Positions 37,200-46,546 of a stretch of 64,000 bases of DNA are shown here, one piece after another. The notes beneath the pieces were generated by a model. That model was not told the origin of the DNA, did no database searches, and saw nothing but the letters and a program-made list of their open reading frames with translations. The stretch lies in NCBI GenBank assembly GCA_903899655.1, contig CAIUKF010000017.1, forward strand, positions 50,586 to 114,585, read 5' to 3'. Both the position numbers and the translations under genes were made by a program. This stretch comes from an uncultured bacterium (lineage in GTDB: Bacteria; Patescibacteriota; Saccharimonadia; Saccharimonadales; Saccharimonadaceae). Position 1 is the stretch's first letter; each line of letters starts with the position of its first letter.

Positions 37200-39152
37200 T
37201 TACTTAGCTATCAAATCCAACAAAGTAGCCACGTACTCAGCATGAGTCCATGTTAGTGGGGCAGGCGATATAATCTGATTTGTTGCGGGATCGATTTGCT
37301 CGGCCATCACACCAGTACTAAGGGCGTGACTTTTGGCCCAATCCAGAATCGTTAATGCCTTATCAGTTTTGCCTGAATCAATATAATATTGAGCCAACCA
37401 AAACGACGTAATAAACCACAAATTACCAGTTATGCCGGGGCTTACTCGGCGATATTCGTCATTTTCGTATCTTGGCAGGCCAATAGCACCACTATTAATT
37501 CCAAATAGCTGCTCAACAGTCTCAACTGAAGTTTTCATTTGGGGGCTTTTTGCGTCGAATAGACCAAATATATAGGCACCAAAAACGCTTGAACAATCTA
37601 CAATTCCATCTTTAATAATTTGTCCATCCCGTACAGTTAAACCACGATAAAAGACTTTTCGATCATCATGATACAAATGCTTATGTGCTGCTGTTTGTAT
37701 ATCATTTGCAGCTAAACGCCATTTGACAGCATTATCTTGGTCTTTGGCGGCAGTTGCTAAATCAGAAGCAGCAATCAACGCGGCATATGTAACGGCAGTC
37801 GTATATGTGCTCGTCAAGAATGTTTGTTCCCATAAATCATAGCTTGGCTTTGGTAGTCCGGTTATCTCGTCAACATATTCAGTCATGAAATTAGCCATTG
37901 GGATAATCATGCTGTGATAAAATTCTTTTAACAAACTCGGATCAGGATGCAGTTGGTAATATTGATTAAACATGAACACTGGTAAGGCAGTCTCATCCTC
38001 TTGAATCGGCGGCGCAACCAAACCATCTTCATGAACATATGAATGCCAACTACTGCCCAATGCGCCATCAGCGCGATATTTATGCATCATATAACCATCA
38101 GGATGCATGCCATGTTTAGTAAATTGGAAAAACCTGTACGCTTCTTCCTTGTAACCCATACGAATCAATGGCCAAATAGCGTACGCGCCATCACGTGGCC
38201 AACTATAAGCATAGGCATCGCGTGAGTAATTCAACATAGACGTATCAGTACTGGCAATTATTGCGCCACGAATATCAATTTGTGATTTAATCACCATTAT
38301 ACTTTGCAAAAATGACTCGCGATAATCAGTCGGAATCTTATCAATAACACTGTAAGTCGGCGCTAGCCATTTATCCCACCAATCAGCAGTCTTTTGCAGA
38401 TTAGTTAATGCACTGTCTTCCTGAATTGTTTTATGTATATTTAACGCTTCACGAGTAGTAGTGCCAGCTGCAATCCAATAATGAACACGTTCGGAACTAT
38501 TTGCACCAATATCCATTTTAAACCTTATAGTCGAATCAACTCGGCCGTGTTCGACATTGTTCATTCCTAGCGACCCGTCGTCAGCATCGCGGTAAGTACC
38601 TTCACGTCCCTCGATACCAAATAAACCAACAGTATATTGATCAAACGGTTTGCCTTTATATTCGCCAGATACAACAAAAGCCCGACGCCCACGGTAATGT
38701 AAAATAGCGTTACTATCAGGGATATATTGTGCGGTATCAGTGTTGCTGCGCGAATCACCAATAGCAAAAGCTTGGTGCATAAACAATCTGACGTCGCGTG
38801 AATGATTATGTAAGTTTACAACATGAATATTTCTAAAGAACACGTTAACATCCGAGTCAACAAAATCGTCAAACTCTAACAAAATGCCTTGCTTTTCATT
38901 TTTAGCGATAATATGCCCAACAAGTGCACTATGCGGATAGCGAAACGTAAATACCCAGTCATTTTGATTATTATTTGGGTTATCTATCCAACTAATTGAA
39001 TCATCAACCCATACGCCAATACGATGTCGCAGATTGCCACCAGCTGAGTGATTTTCAAATCCGACATAAGGATAGTAAAAGTCGTGTACTGTGCCGTAAC
39101 CATTTAACCCGACGTGCAATTCACCATTACTTAGGACTATCGGCCTAGCCAT
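37200..39152 (-). CDS. Glycoside hydrolase family 15 (glucoamylase/glucodextranase-like)
   Basis: 650 aa with an SWPRDGAYAIWP motif and an (alpha/alpha)6-type C-terminal half. Confidence 0.8.
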   Translation of the reverse strand: MARPIVLSNGELHVGLNGYGTVHDFYYPYVGFENHSAGGNLRHRIGVWVDDSISWIDNPNNNQNDWVFTFRYPHSALVGHIIAKNEKQGILLEFDDFVDSDVNVFFRNIHVVNLHNHSRDVRLFMHQAFAIGDSRSNTDTAQYIPDSNAILHYRGRRAFVVSGEYKGKPFDQYTVGLFGIEGREGTYRDADDGSLGMNNVEHGRVDSTIRFKMDIGANSSERVHYWIAAGTTTREALNIHKTIQEDSALTNLQKTADWWDKWLAPTYSVIDKIPTDYRESFLQSIMVIKSQIDIRGAIIASTDTSMLNYSRDAYAYSWPRDGAYAIWPLIRMGYKEEAYRFFQFTKHGMHPDGYMMHKYRADGALGSSWHSYVHEDGLVAPPIQEDETALPVFMFNQYYQLHPDPSLLKEFYHSMIIPMANFMTEYVDEITGLPKPSYDLWEQTFLTSTYTTAVTYAALIAASDLATAAKDQDNAVKWRLAANDIQTAAHKHLYHDDRKVFYRGLTVRDGQIIKDGIVDCSSVFGAYIFGLFDAKSPQMKTSVETVEQLFGINSGAIGLPRYENDEYRRVSPGITGNLWFITSFWLAQYYIDSGKTDKALTILDWAKSHALSTGVMAEQIDPATNQIISPAPLTWTHAEYVATLLDLIAK

Positions 39153-40374
39153 TCAGCCCTCCGGTATGGTGATAGTGATGCAATCGCCACCTCAGGTCGC
39201 GAATTACATTCATGACGTACAAAAAGGCATCATAAGGTGATTCGTATGGACTAAAGTAGGCATGAACGTCGCCATCACTAAACCATTTAGTACACATATA
39301 GTAGACATGGTCTGAAGTCTGTAATTTACGCCAATCACTGATTAATTCCAAATCACCAGTTAACAGAATATCTTCTTCCATTGAATAGATATATCGCATA
39401 GCTTCTTGTTGCATACTATTACCCAACCAAGCAGTCAAATCGCGTTCGGTGTCAGCCCAGGTGACAGTATTTGGCATACTAATCTCACCAGATGGTTCAA
39501 ATTCGTCGATTGCACCTGATACGGTATAAAATGTGTTTGCGGGGTTACTGAGCCATTTACCAACAAAAGCTTCAAAGAAATCAAAGATTCCAGTATCTTT
39601 CCACTGGTGCTCGCCGAATGTTTCATAGTCCATAAACAAGTTAATGATTGGCTGCTGGTCAATTGATGCATTAGCCCATTCACTATAAGTATCAGCCGAC
39701 AATGGCCACGCTGCCCAATCTTTATTACTAAAACGAAAGGCGATATCATCACTTAAACGATAATTTTTCATTAATAACGCAATGTTAGTTGTGCCAGCAG
39801 GACGATAAACATGGTTTGGACTGCGCCATTCCAAAATTGGATCCCAACCCTCGGCTAAAATACCCTTAAATCCACGATCGTCAGCCCATTTTGCCAAACT
39901 GTCGTTATATGACAGCTCGGTATTACGGAAAACTTTAGTTTCGACGCCAAATAATTCACGAATCTTGGCCTGATGAGCATCAACTTGACGTTCAAATTCA
40001 CCTAAACTAAAGAAAAAGGCGAGTGAGTGATAATAAGTCTCGGCAACAATCTCAACCCGACCGGTTTTAACCAATCTTTGGAAGCTTTCAATAACATCAG
40101 GTGCCCATTTTTCGGCTTGTTCAATGAATGTGCCAGTGATACTTAACGACACTTTAAACTCAGGGTTATTAGCTAACAATTTTTCCAACAATTCGTTCAT
40201 TGGACGATAAGATTTGTCGGCAACTTTTTTGAAAACTTGCTCGTTATTACGTTCAGTATCATACGCAGGCTCGTCGTAATAATCATGTTTCACAGCTGTA
40301 TCAAACACGCTATATTTGCGTACGCGGAAAGGTTGGTGTACGTGTAGGTATAAGACTATTCCACGCTTGCTCAT
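39145..40374 (-). CDS. Glycoside hydrolase family 57 (alpha-amylase/branching-type)
   Basis: The ATG at 40374 (MSKRGIVLYLHVHQPFR) overlaps the upstream stop as ATGA; the HQP motif is typical of GH57. Confidence 0.78.
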   Translation of the reverse strand: MSKRGIVLYLHVHQPFRVRKYSVFDTAVKHDYYDEPAYDTERNNEQVFKKVADKSYRPMNELLEKLLANNPEFKVSLSITGTFIEQAEKWAPDVIESFQRLVKTGRVEIVAETYYHSLAFFFSLGEFERQVDAHQAKIRELFGVETKVFRNTELSYNDSLAKWADDRGFKGILAEGWDPILEWRSPNHVYRPAGTTNIALLMKNYRLSDDIAFRFSNKDWAAWPLSADTYSEWANASIDQQPIINLFMDYETFGEHQWKDTGIFDFFEAFVGKWLSNPANTFYTVSGAIDEFEPSGEISMPNTVTWADTERDLTAWLGNSMQQEAMRYIYSMEEDILLTGDLELISDWRKLQTSDHVYYMCTKWFSDGDVHAYFSPYESPYDAFLYVMNVIRDLRWRLHHYHHTGGLNG

Positions 40375-41594
40375 GCTGTTACTCCTTGTTGGCTTTTGTT
40401 GTATATTTTTATGCATAAATCTGCGACATCGTTCCATGATATTTTATCATACTCATGCTTAATATTCTGCTGCATTTCGGTTTTTAATGCTGCCGAAGTT
40501 GCAATTCCAATTAATTGATCAGCCAATACATCTTCGTCCCAAAAATCGTATCTGAAAATGCTGTGCAATACTTCACCGACACCAGATTGACGCGAGATAA
40601 TCAAGGCGTTGCCATGATGTGCGGCCTCAAGGGCAGTTAAACCAAATGGCTCACTAACCGAACTCATTACAAAGATATCACCGACACTGTATGCGTCGCG
40701 CCATTGTTTACCACGAACAAATCCAGTAAAGAATACTTTGTCAGATATGCCTAAACTTGATGCTAATGCAATCAGTTCATCACGCTGTTCGCCGTCGCCA
40801 GCCAGCAAAAAGACTAATTTGTCATATTTTTCACAGGCCCTTGCAGCGGCGCGAATAAAGTTGGCCAAGCCTTTTTGAATCGTAAACCTAGTAATCGTAA
40901 CGACAATTGTGTAGCCCTCGGCTTTTAAAGCCTCTAGGTACTTGTATGTATCAAAGTCATAGACATATCCGTCATCAAAGCTAGTAGTATCAATTGCATT
41001 ATAAACAACTTCAATCTTGTCCTCAGGAATGCCATATTTTTGAACAATAATGTTTTTAGTAATATTACTGACGGCGATAATACGATCCGCCATCATCAAA
41101 CCTTGATATTCAATTTCGTGAACTAGAGGATTGCCACTGTTACTGCCAGATCGATCAAATTCAGTTGCATGAACATGGACGATTAGTGGTGCATCGGTTA
41201 ATTCCTTGGCTCGCATACCGGCTTCCATCGTCAACCAGTCATGAGCATGAATAACATCAGGTTTTACACTGCGAACTAAACGCTCAACAAATTGAACATA
41301 ACGTTTTTGAACGCCACGCATGTCTTTTAAATCATTAATATCAGCTTTGGATAGTGTTTTATCTAACACTTTTGAGCTATCGTATGTACCTAAACCATAG
41401 CGTTCAAGAGGGGTTAGACCAGTAGCGCTGTGTACAGTCATAAATTCAGTACCAGGATGATGTGCAGTATAAGGCACGACAAAGTCAATTTTAGCCCCTT
41501 TTAAGGCCAATGCTTTGGACATATGATAACAAGCTACGCCTAACCCACCACTGTTGTGAGGAGGAAGCTCCCACCCTAGCATTAATATCTTCAT
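40371..41594 (-). CDS. Glycogen synthase-like glycosyltransferase (GT4/GT5)
   Basis: The ATG at 41594 gives MKILMLGWELPPHNSGGLGVA (a KxGGL-type motif). The upstream GTG at 41636 has no properly spaced Shine-Dalgarno. Confidence 0.75.
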   Translation of the reverse strand: MKILMLGWELPPHNSGGLGVACYHMSKALALKGAKIDFVVPYTAHHPGTEFMTVHSATGLTPLERYGLGTYDSSKVLDKTLSKADINDLKDMRGVQKRYVQFVERLVRSVKPDVIHAHDWLTMEAGMRAKELTDAPLIVHVHATEFDRSGSNSGNPLVHEIEYQGLMMADRIIAVSNITKNIIVQKYGIPEDKIEVVYNAIDTTSFDDGYVYDFDTYKYLEALKAEGYTIVVTITRFTIQKGLANFIRAAARACEKYDKLVFLLAGDGEQRDELIALASSLGISDKVFFTGFVRGKQWRDAYSVGDIFVMSSVSEPFGLTALEAAHHGNALIISRQSGVGEVLHSIFRYDFWDEDVLADQLIGIATSAALKTEMQQNIKHEYDKISWNDVADLCIKIYNKSQQGVTA

Positions 41595-41823
41595 ACCGCT
41601 ATGTACAAGTTGCCAATGTGTTGGCCAACTAACCACTCCTTTTTAATTACATACGCGCGTTCTTACGACAATTATATGACTACGCTTACGCTTTTGCAAC
41701 ACTTTAAATTAATTAATTATTCTGTTACAATATTTCAGTAACGAATTAATAATTAGGAGTAAGATATGTCATTTGCTGGCGGATACTAATACAAATACTT
41801 AGTTCAATCACAATTAATACTAT

Positions 41824-41898
41824 AGGGGTATAGTACAACGGTTAGTATATGGGTTTCCAAAACCTAGGATCATGGTTCGATTCCGTGTACCCCTGCCA
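41824..41898 (+). tRNA. tRNA-Trp (CCA)
   Basis: 75 nt. Acceptor AGGGGTA/TACCCCT, anticodon loop TTCCAAA, T arm CATGG-TTCGATT-CCGTG, discriminator G, encoded CCA. Confidence 0.9.
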
Positions 41899-43473
41899 AT
41901 TTAGACGGACAGCCTCTTCGGAGGCTTTTTGTATCTGTTGAGGCATGGTTCTAACCTCATCAAGCTGTGCTCGTATTGATTTTATGTTCAGCCTCACTGG
42001 TTCAAGCCATTCGAAAGGTGTTATTTGTAGTTTTCCTTCAAATAATATCGGGTTCTGACCAATTGAGAGCAGTATATGCTTTTTGTCTAAAATGCCGCCC
42101 GTGACAAACTTCTCGTTTGCATTTGTGAGTCGTTCGAATGTTTTTGTGGCAAATTCGTACCAATTTTCGGCACGATTTGCTGTGTCAGACTGGTCTTGGT
42201 GTATTTCCTTCAGCTCAGCCTTTAATTGTTTGCTTTTACGTTCGTATTCATGATTGTCAATGAGTTTTTTACTCGCCATATCGAGGAGGTTATCAAGTTG
42301 ACTCTCGATACTTATAGCCGTAGCACTCTGCATGGTATTAACGCTTTTTCTGTCTTTAGTTTCTTCGTCAGCCATCTCTCGAAAAGATTGCATTGCCCAT
42401 TCTTCAAGCTGTGGTGTAAGTTCGTAGCTATCAAGTAGCACATTTAATTCGTTGTATAGTTTATCTTCCTTCTTATAACTATAAATTTTTACTTGTGAGC
42501 ACCCGCCTCGTTTGCCGGTACAGTGATAGTATCGATGTACCGTCTCACCGCCGTTCTTGAGCTTCTTGGTCTTCGCTTGTGCGGTAATCATGCAACCACA
42601 TTCACCACAGCGTATAAAGCCTCTAAGCGCGAATTCCTTGCGTTGGGCTAAGTGTGGGTAACCACGGCTACCAAGTAGACTCTGAACCTTATCATATTCA
42701 TCTTGTGTAATCATTGCGGGAAACTCCGCAGGGTAAAACCTATATTGATCGTATGGATCGGGTACTAAGCCCGCATATCGTATATTTCTAAATATCTGAT
42801 ATAAGGTCGATCTTGAAAGCGGTTTATTGCCACTTTTACTGCGTTCAACTGTACGATATTTCCAGTCATTATTCATTGTGCGCATAATATCCTGCACGCT
42901 ATGTTCACCCGTTAAAAATAGGTCAAAGGCCTGACGGATAAGAGGGAACCGTACCGGATCCTTTATCACACGCTTTGTTATAAGGTCATTCAAGTAGCCT
43001 TGGGGAGCTACACCCGTTAAACCACCATTCTTGCGCTTTGTTTCATTGCCGCGTTTGACATCTTTGCTTAACTTCGAAGAAAAATATTGAGACTGGCTCA
43101 TAGTCATCTGTAACATCATAATTCCCTCTGGTGAATTATCAAATGTAAAACTTGCAAACTTTAGGTCCTTCAAGACACCTTTGCGAATACGGTAGGTGAT
43201 AGCCGAAGCATCCATTTCGTTTCGTGAAAGCCTATCAGGGTGCCATGCAACTATACCGTCAATCTTGCCATCATCGATCATCTTAAGAATTGAAGCAAAT
43301 ACAGGCCGTTTATCTGGCTCGGCTGCACTTTTACTTTCATCAAGCACATCGACAATATTCAAGTCACTGAATCGCTCGCTTATTTTATCGCGCTGCGCTT
43401 CTTTAGATAATACTTGCCGTTCTTCATCCTCTGTGGATTTACGAACGTATCCTATATAGCGTAATTTGTTCAT
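41842..43473 (-). CDS. Large serine recombinase (integrase)
   Basis: 543 aa. Resolvase-type N-terminus YIGYVRKSTEDEERQ, recombinase domain, zinc ribbon CGECGC...YYHCTGKRGGC, then a coiled-coil. The last ~19 codons are antisense to tRNA-Trp. Confidence 0.85.
   Translation of the reverse strand: MNKLRYIGYVRKSTEDEERQVLSKEAQRDKISERFSDLNIVDVLDESKSAAEPDKRPVFASILKMIDDGKIDGIVAWHPDRLSRNEMDASAITYRIRKGVLKDLKFASFTFDNSPEGIMMLQMTMSQSQYFSSKLSKDVKRGNETKRKNGGLTGVAPQGYLNDLITKRVIKDPVRFPLIRQAFDLFLTGEHSVQDIMRTMNNDWKYRTVERSKSGNKPLSRSTLYQIFRNIRYAGLVPDPYDQYRFYPAEFPAMITQDEYDKVQSLLGSRGYPHLAQRKEFALRGFIRCGECGCMITAQAKTKKLKNGGETVHRYYHCTGKRGGCSQVKIYSYKKEDKLYNELNVLLDSYELTPQLEEWAMQSFREMADEETKDRKSVNTMQSATAISIESQLDNLLDMASKKLIDNHEYERKSKQLKAELKEIHQDQSDTANRAENWYEFATKTFERLTNANEKFVTGGILDKKHILLSIGQNPILFEGKLQITPFEWLEPVRLNIKSIRAQLDEVRTMPQQIQKASEEAVRLNWQGYTESNHDPRFWKPIY
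41911..41931 (+). terminator. Terminator after tRNA-Trp
   Basis: AGCCTC-TTCG-GAGGCT hairpin followed by TTTTT. It lies inside the antisense 3' end of the recombinase ORF. Confidence 0.65.
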
Positions 43474-43627
43474 TATTTCTCCTTACACAAAGGGCGACTC
43501 GGTTGTTGACACAGTACGTAGCAAGAAGCTATTTCCTGATACCGAGCCGCCCTTATAGGTCGGGAAAATATATACTTCCTGCTTATTTACGTATTGTGCC
43601 AACTCTTTAATTATACCATTTTTTACC

Positions 43628-44971
43628 TCACCATTTAAGGTCTAAAGTCCTTTTCTCCACCCTATACGTTCCTATATACTTTTTATTTTCATCTGTTAAG
43701 ACCATTGGAAAGATATGGCGTGTACGCTTATCTTCATCTTCGGCTTGTGGCTTTTCCCATTCGATATGGCCTGCGTTAGCGAGCTGTGGGAGTATTTCTT
43801 TACGTAATTGATCGCCATTCAACGAAATGCCTTCAATGCTCCGATGATAAGTATTTAATTCCTGAGGCGTAAGCCCAATCTTATGAAGATTCATATCTTC
43901 CCATAAGTCCTTATTGGTTTTTAGAGCTTTAGCAAATTTCTCTAAATAGGCCGGTAAGATGTACTTTTTATAATGTATCAAGACAGTAGGCGAAATGTTG
44001 AGATTCTGGCTTTCGAAAAAATCCTGCCAAAGTATGAATGCTTGATCAATATCAGATTGCGTTGCAATAATGCGACCATTCTCGTCTTGGCGATGCCAGA
44101 CATTTAAAAGCGTAATAGATTTAATTAATTCCATTAAGTGAGCAATGTCACGTTGATGTCTAGGCTTCAAAATACCTACAATCTCCAAAAACTTTCTTTT
44201 GATTTCGTCTTCGTTAGGAATGATAATATTATCGACTTTCGCATTTCGAATAGAAATAATGCGGGACATTAACATTTGACGATCATAGTCGTGTTTAACA
44301 GCCTCATTAAATTTCTTAGCATTAGCTCCTAGCTTTACTCGTACTTCAATACCTTGTAATATCTTTTCTTGAGTCGCCTCAGGACTAAGTAGGATGGCAC
44401 GAGTAGCCTCTTGTTCATCAAGCCGAAGACCAGCAGAGCAAAATATAGTTGCGCAATATCCCCTTAGGACAATATCGTCGGTTTTATTGCGACCTTTATT
44501 CTTATTTACGAAACTATAATTCAAATTTTTATCATCATGAGACATTAAAGCACGAAGTTTTTCCTGTAATAATGGGTTTGGCATTTCATAAAAGATTAGT
44601 ATTTTACGTTCCAGCGATACAATTTTTATATTCGTTTTCGGGTCAATCTCACCTTCGCCATAAAAGAATGAGGCTGGACTAGCGCCACTTCTCTCAATTC
44701 TGTCTTCCTTGGGAAATAATTTAGCGATCTCACTAACGAGGTATGTCTTACCTGTTGAACTTGGGGCGTTGAGGCTCACGTTGATTTGACTATCATCCGT
44801 ATACGCCGACAACATGCACAAAAATATAATCTTCTTATTGCTATCATCATCTTTAATTGTCATAGAGAGTACCTCAGCAACATCATCAAGTGTAATTTCG
44901 CCAGACTCCATTTTATGCTCTTTGTCGCTATCAGATCTGTCACTGAACTTCTTAATCGGGTCATCATTCAT
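43628..44971 (-). CDS. P-loop NTPase, probable replication helicase of the element
   Basis: 447 aa with a Walker A (NAPSSTGKT) and a Walker B-like KILIFYEM, positioned between small element genes and the recombinase. Confidence 0.45.
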   Translation of the reverse strand: MNDDPIKKFSDRSDSDKEHKMESGEITLDDVAEVLSMTIKDDDSNKKIIFLCMLSAYTDDSQINVSLNAPSSTGKTYLVSEIAKLFPKEDRIERSGASPASFFYGEGEIDPKTNIKIVSLERKILIFYEMPNPLLQEKLRALMSHDDKNLNYSFVNKNKGRNKTDDIVLRGYCATIFCSAGLRLDEQEATRAILLSPEATQEKILQGIEVRVKLGANAKKFNEAVKHDYDRQMLMSRIISIRNAKVDNIIIPNEDEIKRKFLEIVGILKPRHQRDIAHLMELIKSITLLNVWHRQDENGRIIATQSDIDQAFILWQDFFESQNLNISPTVLIHYKKYILPAYLEKFAKALKTNKDLWEDMNLHKIGLTPQELNTYHRSIEGISLNGDQLRKEILPQLANAGHIEWEKPQAEDEDKRTRHIFPMVLTDENKKYIGTYRVEKRTLDLKW

Positions 44972-45230
44972 GGTTCACTCCTTTAATTGTTAGATTGCTT
45001 GTAATTTCTGCAATACGGATTGTTTTTGAAAACTGCTGAAAATTTAGAGTCTGCAATAACTCTGTCTGTGTAGAGTTTTTTAATACCCATTGAAGATATC
45101 TTGAGTAAATATCAGTCAGCGAATCCTCGTATTTCTTAGCATAACTGCTTGTATTTATTCCAATCGTTAAGAATTGAACGAGACGTTTAACGATTATCGG
45201 ATCTTTATAGGGTGCTATTACATTCGCCAT
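44964..45230 (-). CDS. Hypothetical protein (88 aa)
   Basis: ORF overlapping the downstream gene by 8 nt, with an AAAGGAG Shine-Dalgarno upstream. Confidence 0.5.
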   Translation of the reverse strand: MANVIAPYKDPIIVKRLVQFLTIGINTSSYAKKYEDSLTDIYSRYLQWVLKNSTQTELLQTLNFQQFSKTIRIAEITSNLTIKGVNHE

Positions 45231-45235
45231 AATAA

Positions 45236-45403
45236 TTAGTGATCTCCTTTGTTATTGTTGTTTATAAATTTTCGTTGTGCCTTTACAAGTACGAAACGCA
45301 TAATAGCCAAACCAGCACTTTGGACTTCTTCGTCTGTATAATCCAAACCGAGTTCTTTCAAGAGGATTTTAAGACTACAAACACGCTCAATACTAAGTTT
45401 CAT
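45236..45403 (-). CDS. Hypothetical small protein (55 aa), not in the ORF track
   Basis: ATG at 45403, 3 nt after the upstream stop: MKLSIERVCSLKILLKELGLDYTDEEVQSAGLAIMRFVLVKAQRKFINNNNKGDH. It fills the gap in a tightly packed operon. Confidence 0.4.
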   Translation of the reverse strand: MKLSIERVCSLKILLKELGLDYTDEEVQSAGLAIMRFVLVKAQRKFINNNNKGDH

Positions 45404-45406
45404 GTC

Positions 45407-45649
45407 TTAGCCGTTTGCGTATGCACGTTCGCTAAGTTTTTTAAAATTATCAACAAATGTTCTAGCTTTGAGATGTATTCGATCAGATTGATATAAATTT
45501 GTATATTTATCCAAATCTCTATCATCGACTACATAGAAGTACATCAGCCCACCCGGTTCCATACCTACCGATGACACCCTAAATCTACAACACATAAGTG
45601 CTGCTACAAGCCAAGGGTCGTTAAACCTCACAGTTTGCCGCTTCGCCAT
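45407..45649 (-). CDS. Hypothetical small protein (80 aa), phage/plasmid-like
   Basis: ORF with an AGGAGAATAATT Shine-Dalgarno context. The pattern WLVAALM...MYFYVVDD...TFVDNFKKL resembles small phage proteins; this identification is weak. Confidence 0.45.
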   Translation of the reverse strand: MAKRQTVRFNDPWLVAALMCCRFRVSSVGMEPGGLMYFYVVDDRDLDKYTNLYQSDRIHLKARTFVDNFKKLSERAYANG

Positions 45650-45716
45650 AATTATTCTCCTTTCTGTTAGTTGATACTCCCAGAATAGAAAATAAGACTC
45701 AGTCAGTTGTCAGTTT

Positions 45717-46496
45717 TTAATTTAGCTCTAAATGCCAACCATTCTCATAATCGTTAGCAATACAGTCATAGCCGATAATTGGATAAAGTTCCCTGCGGAG
45801 TTCTGAGATTAATTTTACTAGCGTTCTTTCCGGTTTTTTCAAATTTTTATGCTTAAATACACCAGAAGAACTATCAAGAAAATCATCGTATGTACTAGTT
45901 GATTTGCCATTATCTAGCAAAATTCGTAATGCCTGCATATGCCCATTGCGCAGAAAAAATGGCCTGCCTTTATATGAAACTCCCGTGCCTGATATTATGA
46001 GATTCTTATATTTTGAGTCACTAAATTTGTCATATCGTTTAATATTTTTAGAAATTATCTGATTATTTATGTATGTCCTTAATCCGTCCCAATCAACATT
46101 TATTAATTTAAACTGCAAATATCGCTCGCTTAAATCACTTGGCAATTTCTCTATGACTTTTATTATTGCTTCTTCCGACAAAGCTTTACCAGTTTTAATA
46201 TTTTCATAAAACCCTACTAATCCGTGCGAATTCTGCCGATAAGCCCATCGCGGTCCAATTGGCGTAATAATAGATCTCAGCTTCAGCAGTTCTAGTGCCT
46301 CTTCTTGAGCTATATAATCAAGGTTTAGTCTAACTTCAAAATCAAAAAGTTTCTGCTGCCTATAGTCGCACAAAGAAGAGTAGAGTTCTTGAATTGAATT
46401 TGTTTTCATATATCGATCCAAATCAGACTTCAATAGAGGCTTCTTGATAAAAGCTTTTTTGAATAGCAGTAATTCTGTAATCATAGCTGTAACCAT
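45717..46496 (-). CDS. Hypothetical protein with an OmpR/PhoB-like winged-helix C-terminus (putative element regulator)
   Basis: 259 aa. The C-terminal GRPFFLRNGHMQALRILLDNG...RTLVKLISELRRELYPI...YENGWHLE follows the trans_reg_C pattern. Confidence 0.45.
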   Translation of the reverse strand: MVTAMITELLLFKKAFIKKPLLKSDLDRYMKTNSIQELYSSLCDYRQQKLFDFEVRLNLDYIAQEEALELLKLRSIITPIGPRWAYRQNSHGLVGFYENIKTGKALSEEAIIKVIEKLPSDLSERYLQFKLINVDWDGLRTYINNQIISKNIKRYDKFSDSKYKNLIISGTGVSYKGRPFFLRNGHMQALRILLDNGKSTSTYDDFLDSSSGVFKHKNLKKPERTLVKLISELRRELYPIIGYDCIANDYENGWHLELN

Positions 46497-46531
46497 TTTC
46501 CAACATTAATCACTTTTATACAAACCCTTAG

Positions 46532-46540
46532 TGATATAAT
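46532..46540 (+). promoter_or_regulatory. Extended -10 promoter for the NHL-gene leader
   Basis: TGATATAAT (TGn plus TATAAT at 46535-46540). The predicted transcription start near 46547 coincides with the first base of the leader's outer helix. Confidence 0.45.
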
Positions 46541-46546
46541 TAAAAA

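Noticed and set aside
45239-45496. 85-aa plus-strand ORF in the element operon
   Set aside because: It is antisense to tightly packed minus-strand genes, including a 55-aa ORF that fills the gap, with low-complexity sequence and no Shine-Dalgarno.
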